Positions 27,132 through 39,209 of a stretch of 64,000 bases of DNA are shown here, piece after piece. The stretch's first letter is position 1; each line of letters begins with the position of its first letter. Position numbers and translations under genes: made by a program. The DNA comes from Eledone cirrhosa (lineage: Eukaryota), in NCBI GenBank assembly GCA_964016885.1, contig OZ024741.1:46686001-46750000 (forward strand). The letters run 5' to 3'. Below the pieces are notes generated by a model. That model was not told the origin of the DNA. It did not search any database and saw only the letters and a program-made list of their open reading frames with translations.

Positions 27132-30100
27132 ATGTAACAAAAAAATAATGAAAAATTCCCCAATACGGGGGAGACTTCCGAGGGACATTCGTGGAGAAAG
27201 CCCATTAAAAAGCCACAGTGACCCTGACCACCAGGGCAAGTACCCTCTCCCAGTTTTCCACCTTTAATTTACAGACACATACTCAGAGTAGGCCCATTCA
27301 CTCGAGCCATTCTTGCTTCTCTCACCCATCTTTCAACAAAATGCTGGGAAGAAAGCACTTCCCTCTCTACCCTGATTTTCCTTTTCAAATGAAATTTGAA
27401 AAAGTTAATCAGGGCATCACCGAAGAGGTAAGTGCTCGTCTTCAGCCCTTTCAAACGTGTCCACCATACTATCTCTTTCGCCATGGCCACCAGACAGATA
27501 AAAACTGCCTGCCCTTCCCGGCTAAAGGAAGAGGGCGGGGACAACCTCACGATGGACTCAGCTGATAGCTGGATCCGTCCTACACGCGACAGCAGGTATT
27601 CGACATAAACCCACAAGTCAGCAATGCTCGGACACTGGACGAGTGCGTGCAGGACGGTTTCGTCGCCCTGCGCGCATCTCGGACATGCCCGGCTGACGGC
27701 ACCTCCATGCCTGAAAAGTTTATCCCGAACTGGCAAAGCTCCTCGGTAGCACTGCCAGGTCAGGGATTTCTGGAAATTGTCCATAGTGCCCGGCCCAAAA
27801 GTTCTTCCGAAGAGATTGGCTAGTTCATTTTCGTCGACGCTGAGAGTCTTCCCAAGTACGTCGTCGCTCTTCCCCTCCACTAATCCGCTATAGAACGCCA
27901 AGGTAGAGTTTCCACCGATCACATTCACCGATTGGTCGAGGGCTGTGAGCGCCTGAAAACATTCCAGTCTCCAAGCGCTCACTCTCGGTCTTCGCTTGAC
28001 CCAGGACTGCAGCTCCGGCAAGAAACAAGCTGGGGAAAGACTTGTCTAGCAAACGGTGACCACACCTGATCACCGTCGAGGAAGAGGTGGAGATGTCGTA
28101 GCTGAGCGCGTGTCTGCGCATCATCAGCCACGGCATGCCCAGCCCTCCACGTTGCGCGTGTTGACAGCAGATGGACCGCCTGACCATCGGAGCGCGTCCC
28201 TTCCACAAAAAGCGAAAGAGCAAACGCTCCAGCGCAGTCAGGCGGGGCTTAGGACAAGGTACGACGGTCAGGCGGTAGTAGATGACGGACGCGATGTACG
28301 CGTTAGCCACCTCCGCTCGACCTTTCAGGGATAGCTTCTTCTATGCCCATTTCTGGGTGAGAGGAGTCACCCTGCTCCTTACCTCGTCCCAGTTTTTGTC
28401 CGTCGGGAGGTCCGGACCGAACCAGACCCCTAGCAATTTAACCGGTCCGTCCGTCCTGCGCCCGACGACGCTGTTGGACGGCATGGACCTGCCTCTCTAG
28501 GTGCCGAGCTGCAGGCCCACTGACTTTTCCTGGTTGATCATTGCTCCAGTCACCGCTTTGTATTCTCTTAATGTAGTGCCGATCGCCTCGATATGTTTGG
28601 CGTTCGACACCACTACGGTGACATCGTCCGCATATGCTGACACGGATCTTCCGCATCCAAATACGCGCGGGATCCCCCTCAACGTCTCTAGTTTGTGCAG
28701 TAATGGCTCGAGTGTCAATACGTACAAGAGGGACGAGAGGGGACATCCTTGGCGGACCGAGCGCATGATGTTGAACGGTTCCGAAAAGTGACCGTTCACT
28801 CTCACCACAGAGCAGATGTCGCTGTGCATGGCAGTGATCCAGCCTCTGAAGACAGGCTCAAAGCCAGCCGCCCTCAGGATTGCCGCTAGGTAACGATGGT
28901 CGACCCTATCGAAAGCTTTCGACTGATCTAAATTGATCAAGGACCCACCCGTGCCAGGTTCCCTAGCTACCCTCTCCACAATGTATCGCATGAGGTGGAG
29001 GTTGTCGTGGATAGATCTGTCGGGAATGTCGCATGTCTGCACCTCTCTCATCAGACCACCAACGAATATCGCTAACCTCTTTGTTAGTACTTTGGCCAAA
29101 ATCTTGAACTCTGTGTTTAGCAGAGTTATGGGCCTGAAATTATCTATGTTATCCCCCTTGTTCGGATCCTTCTCAGCAGCGCCACAGCTCCTCGGCTCAC
29201 AGAGCTGGGAATTCTCCCGTTCTGTTGCCAGTTGCAGTAGACGTCCGCCAAGAGGCCTCCGAACAAGTCTGGCATCTGTATGCAAAGTTCATAGGGCAGA
29301 CCATCCATACCAGGCGATTTACCTCCTGTGCAGCCAGTCATTGTCTCCCGTACTTCAGCGGCTGTTATCAGCTTTTCGCATCACTCCGCCTCAATGGCCG
29401 AGAACAGCGGCAGTCCGTCGAGGTAGACACTAAAGTCCATCCCTCGATCCGGCCCGCCGCTGCCACCCGTACAGCTGAGCGAAGTGCCACTGAAAAGCTT
29501 CACACATTTGCCCGGGATCGAGTAGCATGTGCCCGTCGTGGTCCACCAAAGACCGGATCGTGGCTTTGTTGCCACGATGCGCCTCCGCCACTCGGATCCA
29601 TTGAACGGCTTTCGTCCCCTCGTGTCTGAGAGCTCGCACCCTAGCTATGACAACGCAGCCTTCGTTCTTTGCATTGAAGAATTGGTGAAGGGCCAATTTC
29701 GCCGCAAGCACCTCGGTCGCGATGCCTTTGCTAAGCGCCTCGTCTAATTTTCTAACTAATTCTCCCTCTACTAAACCTAATGGACTCTATTCTAATCGCT
29801 CTTTTCAGAGCAAACCACCACTTGTTGTTGACGATGGCCTCCGTCAACGCCCGCTTAACTAGTTCGCTAATCCGGTCTCTGTAGGTCTTGCGCGCTGGTA
29901 AGGACGCGTTTAGCTTCCAGTAGCCGGGTCCTCGTCTATGAAGCCTATCTAAGTCAAGCACACTGATCGCGAATTTGTGGTCCGTGTAGCTGAATATCTT
30001 GAATTGTGGACAGCCTATGCTAGACCTATCTATTTCCCTACAAAATACTCTATCTAAATATGATCTGGATGACACTATGCGGTTTGTCCAAGTCCACATT

Positions 30101-32824
30101 GGCACATTCGGGAAATCCAATCGGTACCTGTCAGACAGTTCAAAACGCCTGAGCAGGTTGGTGAGGCTCTTGCACCCTCCACCCCTATCCGCTAATCCCA
30201 CACAGTCCCAGCGTGCATCTAAGATCCCGTTCCAGTCGCCCACTAACACTAAAGAGCGGGACGTTCCAAGAAAGGTCTCCAGACGCCGGAAGAAATCAGG
30301 CCGCCCTGCTCCTGTCGGGGCATAGACGGCCACTAGCCTGAAAGCTTGCCCGTCTGCGCTGGCCACGTCCAGCACCACCAACTTACCTTCTGGGTCCAGG
30401 AAGATGGCCCGTATGGCGAGATCCAAACCTCTCCGAAAAAGCACAGCAACTCCTCCCCCCGATCCAGGACGACTGGGAGATGCGTACACATCGTAGCCGC
30501 CGAAGATCGGTGCGAAGGCCCGTGCTTCGGAGATTCTGGTCTCGCTGATTGCCACTACATCCATGTTTAGTGACCTGAGGTCGTTGAGCAGGTGGCCCAG
30601 CTTCCATGACGACGCCAAGCCACGCGCATTTATGCTGCCTATTCTGAGTGAGGTCATGTTGAAATGGAGTGGAAAAGATGGGAAAGACCACTTACCTTAC
30701 TTCTCGTAGAGGAAGGATGGTTTCTCCATCCCTTTTCACTGCTTGTGGCCTCCTCCGGAAGGATGTCCTTATAAATCCCCCTGGAGAGTGCTTGTCGGAA
30801 GTCTCCGATGTCTTTGGGGAATTTTTATTTTAGTGTCGTGTACGTTTTCTGTGTGATGCGAGTGATTTGTATGTGTGGAGGTGGTGTGAACTTTTGGGGT
30901 GTTGTGTAGTCCTTTTCTGTGATATTGGTGTTGTGTTGGATGTAGTGTAATAATTGGTTGTTGTTCAAATTTAATGCTGTGTAGTGTGTATCGTTTTGGT
31001 GGTTTTGTTTTGTATGCGTTTGTTGTGGGTTTGTTTCTGTTTCGTTTCTTGGTGACTTTTGTTGTGTTTGTGATGGTGGTGTTGGGGTTAATGATGGTGA
31101 TGGTGTTGTTGTTTGTGGTGATGGGGTTGGTGATTCTGGTGTGGATGGTGGCATAGCTGTCCTAACTTTTTTGTTTGATAGTTTATTTGTTTCCCTCTGT
31201 ATTCAGTTTTTGGAGGAGGAAGGAAGTGGATTTTTTTCTTTTTTTCTTTTTTCCTGATACCGTTTCCCACTCCTCGTCGTCACAATCTGTCTCCAGTTGC
31301 GATAGGTCGGGTAGTGGAAAATCCTCCACAGGCGTTGGTTTTGGTTGTGGTGTGGTGGATGGTGTAGGCATTGGTGCTAGTTCTGGCGCGTTGGGTGGTG
31401 GTGGTGTTGGTTTTGCTACTGTTGCTGGGGTTGTTGTTGTTATAGTTGCTTCTGTTGTTGCTGCTACAGTTGTTGCTGCTGGTGGTGTTGATGGTTGCGT
31501 CACTGGGGTGGGTAATAGAGGTGGCCTTAACTTTTTAGCCTGAGAGCAGAAAGCCCTTATGTGGGCTCCTTCACCACAAACGACACACATAGGCCTTCTA
31601 CCCTCGACGATTACGGCGAGGTGGCTGCCGTCAGTGAGGTCTATTACCTCTGGGATTCCTCAATGCTTTTTTGCTCCGCTTGGATCAGGAGCTCCATTTC
31701 AGATCCGGACCAGTTCTCCTGTTTTTCTTTTGCTATTTCGATTATCTTGGTGTTGGCTTCGATGCCGGCGAGGATGGCAGCCATTAGCCAGGGAATTTCG
31801 ATGGCCAGCGAAACGTGGGTCACCCTGAGATTCACGTGTCTCTGGCCACAATAGCTTGGGACGAGTGTGAAGTCGTCGCTTCTTAATGGGGCCATGGTGT
31901 GCTCTCTGGCCTCCTGTGGTGTTCCAAAGAACACGTCCACGGTTCCATAATTCTGCCCACGTCTGGTGTGGGTCTTTTTCGCCCACACATGTCCCAAAGC
32001 TTTTTGGATTTGGGACTCGGATGCCCGTTCCACTCGGCGCGATTTTATATTAATCGTCCGATAAGACACGGTGCATAGGCGCCGATGCTCCATTTTATTA
32101 TGTCGGGGGGGGGGGGGGGGCTTACCCTGTGCCCATCTTTCTTTACCATTCTCTTGGCTTCATCTAATTCTTCCTGAGTTACCTGGATTGCTTCGCATTT
32201 TTTGGCTGCTTTGGCAAACGACACGGTGGTGTTGATGTTTTTGTTGTTATTCTCATTGTTGTTGTTGCTGTTATTGTCATTGTTATTTATGTTATTGTTA
32301 TTTTTAGTTTTAGTTGTGGTGGTGGTGGTGTCAGTGGTGCTCGGTGTGGAAGAGTCGATTCTGGGTGAGTCCATTTCGATGTCACGAGATAATTTAATTT
32401 TTTCTTTTGTTTCTGTTGTCGCTGTGGTGGCGGCTTCAACACCTGCAGTCATTGGTAATGGCGGGAAATGAATATCTGCATGAGACAAATTTTAATTATT
32501 GCTACTGCTTATATTTTTAGTGTTGGCAAACGTAGTAATTTTACAATGGTGGTGTCGGTGTGAGGTGTTAGTTTGTGAGGAAGGCTCTCAGCTGCTCTGA
32601 GTGGTCCATGATTTTTTCAAAGAAATTTTTTGTTTGATAATTATAAAAGTTTAAATTTTGGGCTCAAGGCCCCAATCTTTTTGAGTCTCCTTTTCCGAAA
32701 GCAAATTATGTGGCCTTATAAACACTTAACAAACAAAAATTTTCTATAAATGGCAATTTGAAACAATTGAAAACAACAAACCTTTGCGGAGCTCACGATG
32801 ATACGATTTTCTACGTAGGTCGCC
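27132..32824 (-). mobile_element. Tx1-clade LINE, copy B (ORF1 ~32609-30692, ORF2 30657-27269; disrupted; 3' tip replaced by SINE sequence)
   Basis: MTSLRIGSINARGL APE start, GPGYWKLN, QGCPLS, AYADDV, CPRC; ORF1 knuckle CVVCGEGAHIRAFC; 5' end GGCGACCTACGTAG directly after (TTA)n. Confidence 0.9.
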
Positions 32825-32848
32825 AATAATAATAATAACAATAATGAT

Positions 32849-32880
32849 GATTTCTTTATTGGCCACAAGGGCTGACATCA
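32849..32880 (-). mobile_element. ~30-nt Tx1 3' stub between (TAA)n tracts
   Basis: TTTCTTTATTGGCCACAAGGGCTGACATCA is identical to the 3' end of copy C (33194 onward). Confidence 0.8.
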
Positions 32881-32900
32881 AAATAATAATATAATAATAA

Positions 32901-33178
32901 TTCTATCTTTATTAAACACAAGGGTTGACACAAAGTATAACATTAAGGACAGTACAGGGCGGTACAAATGGGCATTTCTGTGTGTAAAAAACAAAAACAG
33001 AGTATGTAACAAAAAAAAGAAACAATGAAAATTCCCCAATAGTGGGGAGACTTCTAAGGGTCGCCCCTGGAGAAAGCCCACAAAAAAGCCACGGTTACCC
33101 TGACCGCTAGGGCAAGTGCCCTCTTCCAGTTTTCCTCCTACGATGCACACTCTCAGGGTAGACCCATTCACACGGGCC
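32901..33178 (-). mobile_element. 5'-truncated Tx1 fragment (3' UTR plus last ORF2 codons) between (TAA)n tracts
   Basis: ARVNGSTLRVC is homologous to ARVNGPTLSMCL; the 3' UTR is homologous to copies D and E. Confidence 0.85.
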
Positions 33179-33193
33179 AAATAATAATAATAA

Positions 33194-36100
33194 TTTCTTT
33201 ATTGGCCACAAGGGCTGACATCAAGAAAAACATTACAGACGGCACAGGACGGTACGATGTGGGTTTTGTGCGTGTAAAGATTTTTATTATTTATATGAAA
33301 AAAGAAAAAAAGACATAGAAACACATATATATATATATAAACAATAAAAATGAAAATTGAAACAATGAAAGATTCCCCAATAGAGGGGAAAACTCTGAGG
33401 GTTACTCGTGGAGAAAAGCGCACAAAAGACCATGGCCACACTGACCACCAGGGCAAGTGCCCTCTCTCAATTTTTCCATTTCTCAAACTACAGGCGTACA
33501 TTCAGAGCGGTCCCGTTCACTCGGACCATTCTCGCTACATTCACCAACCTTTCAACAAACTTGCTAGACGGCAGCACTTGCCTCTCCACCATGATTTTCC
33601 TCTTCAAGTGAAACTTGAAAAAGTTAATTAGGGATTCGCCGAAGAGGAAAGTATCTGTCTTTAACCCTTTCAACCTTGTCCACCACACAATCTCTTTCGC
33701 CATGGCCACCAGGCAGATGAAAACCGCCTGCCCTTCCTCCTCGAAGGAAGACGGCGAGACCATCTGCACAATGGACTCAGTCGATAACTGGATCAGTCCT
33801 ACACGCGACAGCAACTGTTCGACATAGCTCCACAAGTCAGCAATGCTCGGGCACTGAACGAGTGCGTGCACGACGGTTTCGTCATTCTGTGCGCATCTCG
33901 GACAGGCTCGGCTGACGGCACTTCCGTGCCTGTAGAGCTTATCTCGAACCGGCAACGCTCCCCAGTAACACTGTCAGGCCAGGGATTTTTGGAAGTTATC
34001 CATAGGCCCTGGGCTGAAAGTTCTCCGGAAGAGAGCAAACAGCTGATCTTCTTCGACGCCCAGGATCTCTCCGAGAACGTCGTCGCTCCTCCCCTCCACT
34101 AGTCCTCTATAGAACGCCGAGGTGGATGTTCCACCGATACTGGTGCCCAGCTGGCAGAGTGCAGTGAGCGCCTGGAGACATTCCAGTTTCCAAGCGCTAT
34201 CCCTCGGTCTTTTCCTGACCCAGGACTGCAGCTCCGTCAAGGAGATGAGCTGTGGGAAAACGTGCCTAGCGAACGGCGACCACACCTGTTCACCGTCAAG
34301 GAAGCACCAGAGATGTCGCAGCCTCAGTACATGTTTGCGCATCATCAGCCTTGGCATGCCCAGTCCTCCAGGCAACGGGTGTTGACAGCAGATGGATCGT
34401 CTGACCATGGGAGCGCGTCCCTTCCACAAAAAGCAGAAGAGGAGGCGCTCCATTTTGGCGAGAGTTGGGCCGGCGCAAGGGACAACGGTGAGGCGGTAGC
34501 AGATGACGGATGCGATGTACGCATTCGCCACCTCCGCCCGGTCTTTCAGGGACAGCTTCTTCTCGGCCTATTTCTAGGTGAGGGAGGCCACCTTGCTCGT
34601 CACCTCGTTCCAGTTTTTCTCCATCTGGAGGTCCGGTCCGAACCAGACCCCGAGCAATTTAACCGATCCGTTCGTCCAACGCCCCACGACGCTGTCGGCC
34701 GGCATGGGCTTGCCTCTCCAGGTGCCGAGCTGCAAGCCCACCGACTTTTCCTGGTTTATCTTTGCTCCTGTCACCGCTTCGTATTCCTTGAGAGCCATGC
34801 CGAGCATCTGGACGTGTCTGGTGCTCGACACCACTACGGTGACGTCGTCAGCGTAAGCCGACTCGGATTTCCCGCATCCTAGTTCCCGTGGGACGCCCCT
34901 CATCGCCCCCAGTTTGTGTAGTAACGGCTCGAGAGCCAATACGTACAAGAGGGACGAGAGGGGACAACCCTGGCGGACCGAGCGCATGATACTGAACGGC
35001 TGCGACAGGTGACCGTTCACTCTCACAACTGAGCAGATGTCGCTGTACATCGCAGCGATCCAACCCCTGAAAACGGGCCCGAAACCGGTTGCCTCGAGGA
35101 CCGCCGCCAGGTACCGATGGTCGACCCTGTCGAATGCTTTGGATTGATCCAAGTTGATCAGGGCCCTATCCGTGCCAGGTTCCTTAACCACCCTCTCTAT
35201 GATGTATCACATGAGGTGGAGGTTGTCGTGTATGGGTCTGTCCGGAATGGCGCATATCTGCGCCACTCCCACCAGACCCTTGACGACAAGCGCCAACCCC
35301 GTTGTTAACAGCTTGGCCAAAGTCTTGAACTCTGCGTTTAGCAGCCTTATGGGCCTGAAGTTATCGATAACATCCCCCTTGTTCGGGTCTTTTCTCAGCA
35401 GCGCCACCGCTCCCCGGCTCACAAAACTAGGAATGCTCCCGTTCTGCTGCCAGTTGCTGTAGACATCTGCCAAGAGGTCACCGAACAATTCTGGCATAAA
35501 TGCATAAAGCTTGTAGGGTAGACTATCCAAACCTGGCGATTTACCCCTCGTGCAGTTAGCCATCGCTTCCCGTATTTCACCGGCTGTTATTGGCTTTTCG
35601 CAACACTGTGCTGCGGTTGTCGAGAGCCGAGGCAGTCCATCATGGTATGCACTGAAATCCATACCCCGATCCGGCCCGCCGCTGCTCCCGAACAGTCCAG
35701 CAAAGTGCTGCTGAAAAGCTTCACACATCTTCTCGGGTTCAAGCAACACGCGCCCGTTTTGGTCAGACAAAGATCAAATTGTGGCTTTGTTGCCACGTCG
35801 CACCTCTGCCACCCGGGCTCATTGGACGGCTTTTGTCCCCTCGTGTTTCAGAGCACGCGCTCTAGCTCTGACAACGCAGTCTTCGTGTTTTGCGTTGAAG
35901 AACTGGTCAAGCACGTCGGTTGCGATGCCTGCCCTAAACGCCTCTTCTAGCTTTCTGAATAGCTCTCCCTCTACTCTATTTTCCTCTATCACTACTCCTT
36001 TGCTAAACCTAATCGACTCTACTTTAATTGCCCTTCTCAGGGCGAACCACCACCTGTTGTTGACGACCGCTCCCGTCAACGCCCGCTTAACTAATACGCT

Positions 36101-38574
36101 AATCCGGTCTCTGTAGATTTTGCGCGCCGGGAAAGACACGTTCAGCTTCCAGTAACCAGGCCCTTATCTATGAAGTCTGTCTATGTCGATCTCACAGATC
36201 ACAAATTTGTGGTCTGTGTAGTCGACTATTTTAAATTGTGGACAACTTATACTAGCGTTATCTAGTTCTCTGCAGAATACCCTATCGAGATACGATCTGG
36301 ATGACCCGATGCGGTTTGTCCATGTCTACATTGGCACATTCGGGTGATCCAGTCGATACCTGTCAGACAGTTCAAAACGTCTGAGCAGGTAGGTGAGGCT
36401 CTTGCACCCTCCTCCCCTATCCACTAGCCCCACACAATCCCAGCGTGCATCCAAGATACCGTTCCAGTCGCCCACTAATACTAAAGAGCGGGACGTTCCA
36501 AGAAAAGTCTCTAGACGTCTAAAGAAATCTGGCCGTCCTGTCCCTGTCGGGGCATAGACGGCTACTAGCCTGAAAGCGTTGCCTTCGGTGCCGCTTACGT
36601 CCAGCACCACCGACTTACATCCTGGGTCCAAGAAGATGGTCCGTATGGCGAGACCCAAGCCTTTCCGAAACAACACAGCCACTCCCCCCCCCCCCCCGGC
36701 CCGGACGGCTCGGAGATGCGTACACCTCGTAACCGTCGAAGATCGGTGCGAAAGCTTGCGTTTCGGAGATTCTCGTCTCGCTGATGGCCGCCACATCTAT
36801 GTTTAGTGACCTGAGGTCGTTAAGCATGTGACCCTGCTTCCAAACCGAGCTCAAGCCACGCACGTTTACACTTCCGATCCTGAATACGGCCATGTTGGGT
36901 GAGGAACGGGGCAAGTGAGAAAGGATCACTTACCTTGATCGTCTGGTGAAGGGACCGTTGAATCGTCCCTTCGGCTGGTCGTCGGCTCTTCTGTGAGTAT
37001 ATCCGAGTATACTCTCCGGTTTAGTGTCTCTCCTAGATCTCTGAAATCACCAACTGCGTTGGGGAATTTGATTTTAATGTTTGTGTATTGTTTCTGTGAT
37101 ATTCTTACCCGTCTTGTGTTCGTTGCTGTTTTGATTGGTGCTGGTATTATGTAGTCGTGCTGTGAAATGTCTGTGTGTTCAATTATGTAAGTCATTAGTT
37201 TCTTATTGTGTGTATTTATTGCTGTGCATTTCTTTTTCTGGGGGTGGGGTGTGGTTCTACTATTTTCTTGTCGTTGTTGCTGGGTGTGTGTGTTTTGTTG
37301 TTGTGTTTGCGATGTTGGTGCTTGTGGTGGTGTTGTTGTTGTTGGCGGTGGTGATGGTAGTGCTAGTGTGGGTGGTGATGGTGTTGGTGGTGTTGCTGCT
37401 GTGAGTCTCTTTGCAGTAGCCTTTACCCTTTTTTCATTTCTTCTCTCCCTTTTCGAAAGCGACGATGCGCTGCTTCTGCGTTTGTGCTTTCTTGCGACCT
37501 TTTGCCATCCCTCTCCCACCTCACACTCTATGTCCGATTCTGTGAGGTCGGGGAGGGGTACCAGCTCCACTCTTTCACTTGTTGTTGTTGGTGATGTTTA
37601 CAGTGGAGTCTCTGTTGCAGTTGCAGTTGGTATTACTGTTGTTGTTGTTGTTAATACTTCCACTGCTGTTCTTGATTTCCGTGGCGTGGGTATGGGTGCC
37701 ACGGACTTATCCTTCCTGGTTGCCGCCTGTCCTGTTGCTGGTAGCAGTGGAGCCGGTTTCGGAAGGAGGAGGGTTTTCTCCTTTCCCGGGGTCTTTTCAT
37801 TGCAGAAGGCCCTGAGGTGAGTCTTCGACCCACAGCGAAAGCATTTCGGGCGTTTCCCCTCAACACTTATGGGAAGTTGAGTGCCGTTATCGAAGTCTAT
37901 CACATCCGGGATAGCTTCGATGCACTCCTGGTTTGTTTGAATTAACATCTCAATGGAGGCGCCGACCCAATCTTCTCGTAATTTTTTCTGTACTTGCAGT
38001 ACGGTTGTTTTGTCCTCGATTCCGACGAGGAGAGATGCGACCAGCCAAGAAGGAGCCTTCCCGGAGGGGACTTGGGTCAGTTTGACCCTCACAAGTTTTT
38101 GCCCGCAGTAGGAGGGCACCAAAATCATTTCCTCGCTCTTTAGGGTCACTAAGGATTGATCCTTTGCCTCCTGGGGTGTGGCAAAAAGCACGTCCACGGT
38201 GGCATATTTCTTGCCTCGGGTGATATGCGTTTTCTGCTGCCACACAGACCCGAAGGCTTTTGGTATTTGAGCCTCTGTGGCTCTTTCAACCCTACGTGAT
38301 TTTGTGCTCACTGTACGGTACGTGACCGTACAGTGTTGTTGGGTTTCGAAAAATTCTTCGGTTGCCTTACAGATACAGATTGCTCGGTGTCCGGTTTTCG
38401 TCACCATCTTCTTTGCTTCCTGTAATTCCTCATTTGTTATAAGGATGGTTTCCAGGTTCTTTGCGATACCTGCAAACGAGATTGGTTTTTCTTTGTTGTT
38501 GTTGTTGTTGTCGTCAGAGCTGCTGTTACTTTTGTTGTTGCTGCTGGTACTACGACTACTGCCGCCGCCGCTGT

Positions 38575-38605
<31 letters not shown>

Positions 38606-39168
38606 TATGCTGCTGCTGATGTTGTTGCGGCTGCTACTAGTATTTTCCTCGCCACTGTTGCTGCTGCTGCTGTTATTACGGCTGCTGCTGCTATTCTTCA
38701 TGACGTCAGACGAATGAAATGGCTTTCCGTATTTACCGCACACATCTTTCGTCGTTGTCGCAGTCGTGGAGAAATGTTCCACGGTACGCGTGTTCTCTTG
38801 ATGAAGAACGCTACGAGAAACTACATTTTTCTTTTTCTTTAATGGCGTCGCTTGTGAAAGAGGCGACAGAGGCGACACCACATTTAGAGAAGGGAGGGAT
38901 AGAGACAATCCTTTCTCTGACGTAACGACGATTGGGGAAGAAGAAGACGGAAGGAGTGGGAGTGACTTGTGAAAATTCTTTTTTGTAGCCATGTTTTTTT
39001 ACGGTTTAAAATGAATATTGGGCACAAAACGGACAGAAAGACCCCTCTCGCGAGGAGGAGGGTGTCTTTATCTACAATTTGGTTCAAGTTTTAAACAATT
39101 TACAATTGTTATAACGGTTAAAAATTACTATACCTTACAGAGCCGAGCCTCCGTCAACTATGGCATTC
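33194..39168 (-). mobile_element. Tx1-clade LINE, copy C (ORF1 38992-36926, ORF2 36893-33488; disrupted)
   Basis: ORF1 MATKKNFHKSL...CFRCGSKTHLRAFC; ORF2 MAVFRIGSVNVRGL with RT motifs QGCPLS and AYADDV; (TAA)n at both ends. Confidence 0.9.
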
Positions 39169-39207
<39 letters not shown>

Positions 39208-39209
<2 letters not shown>

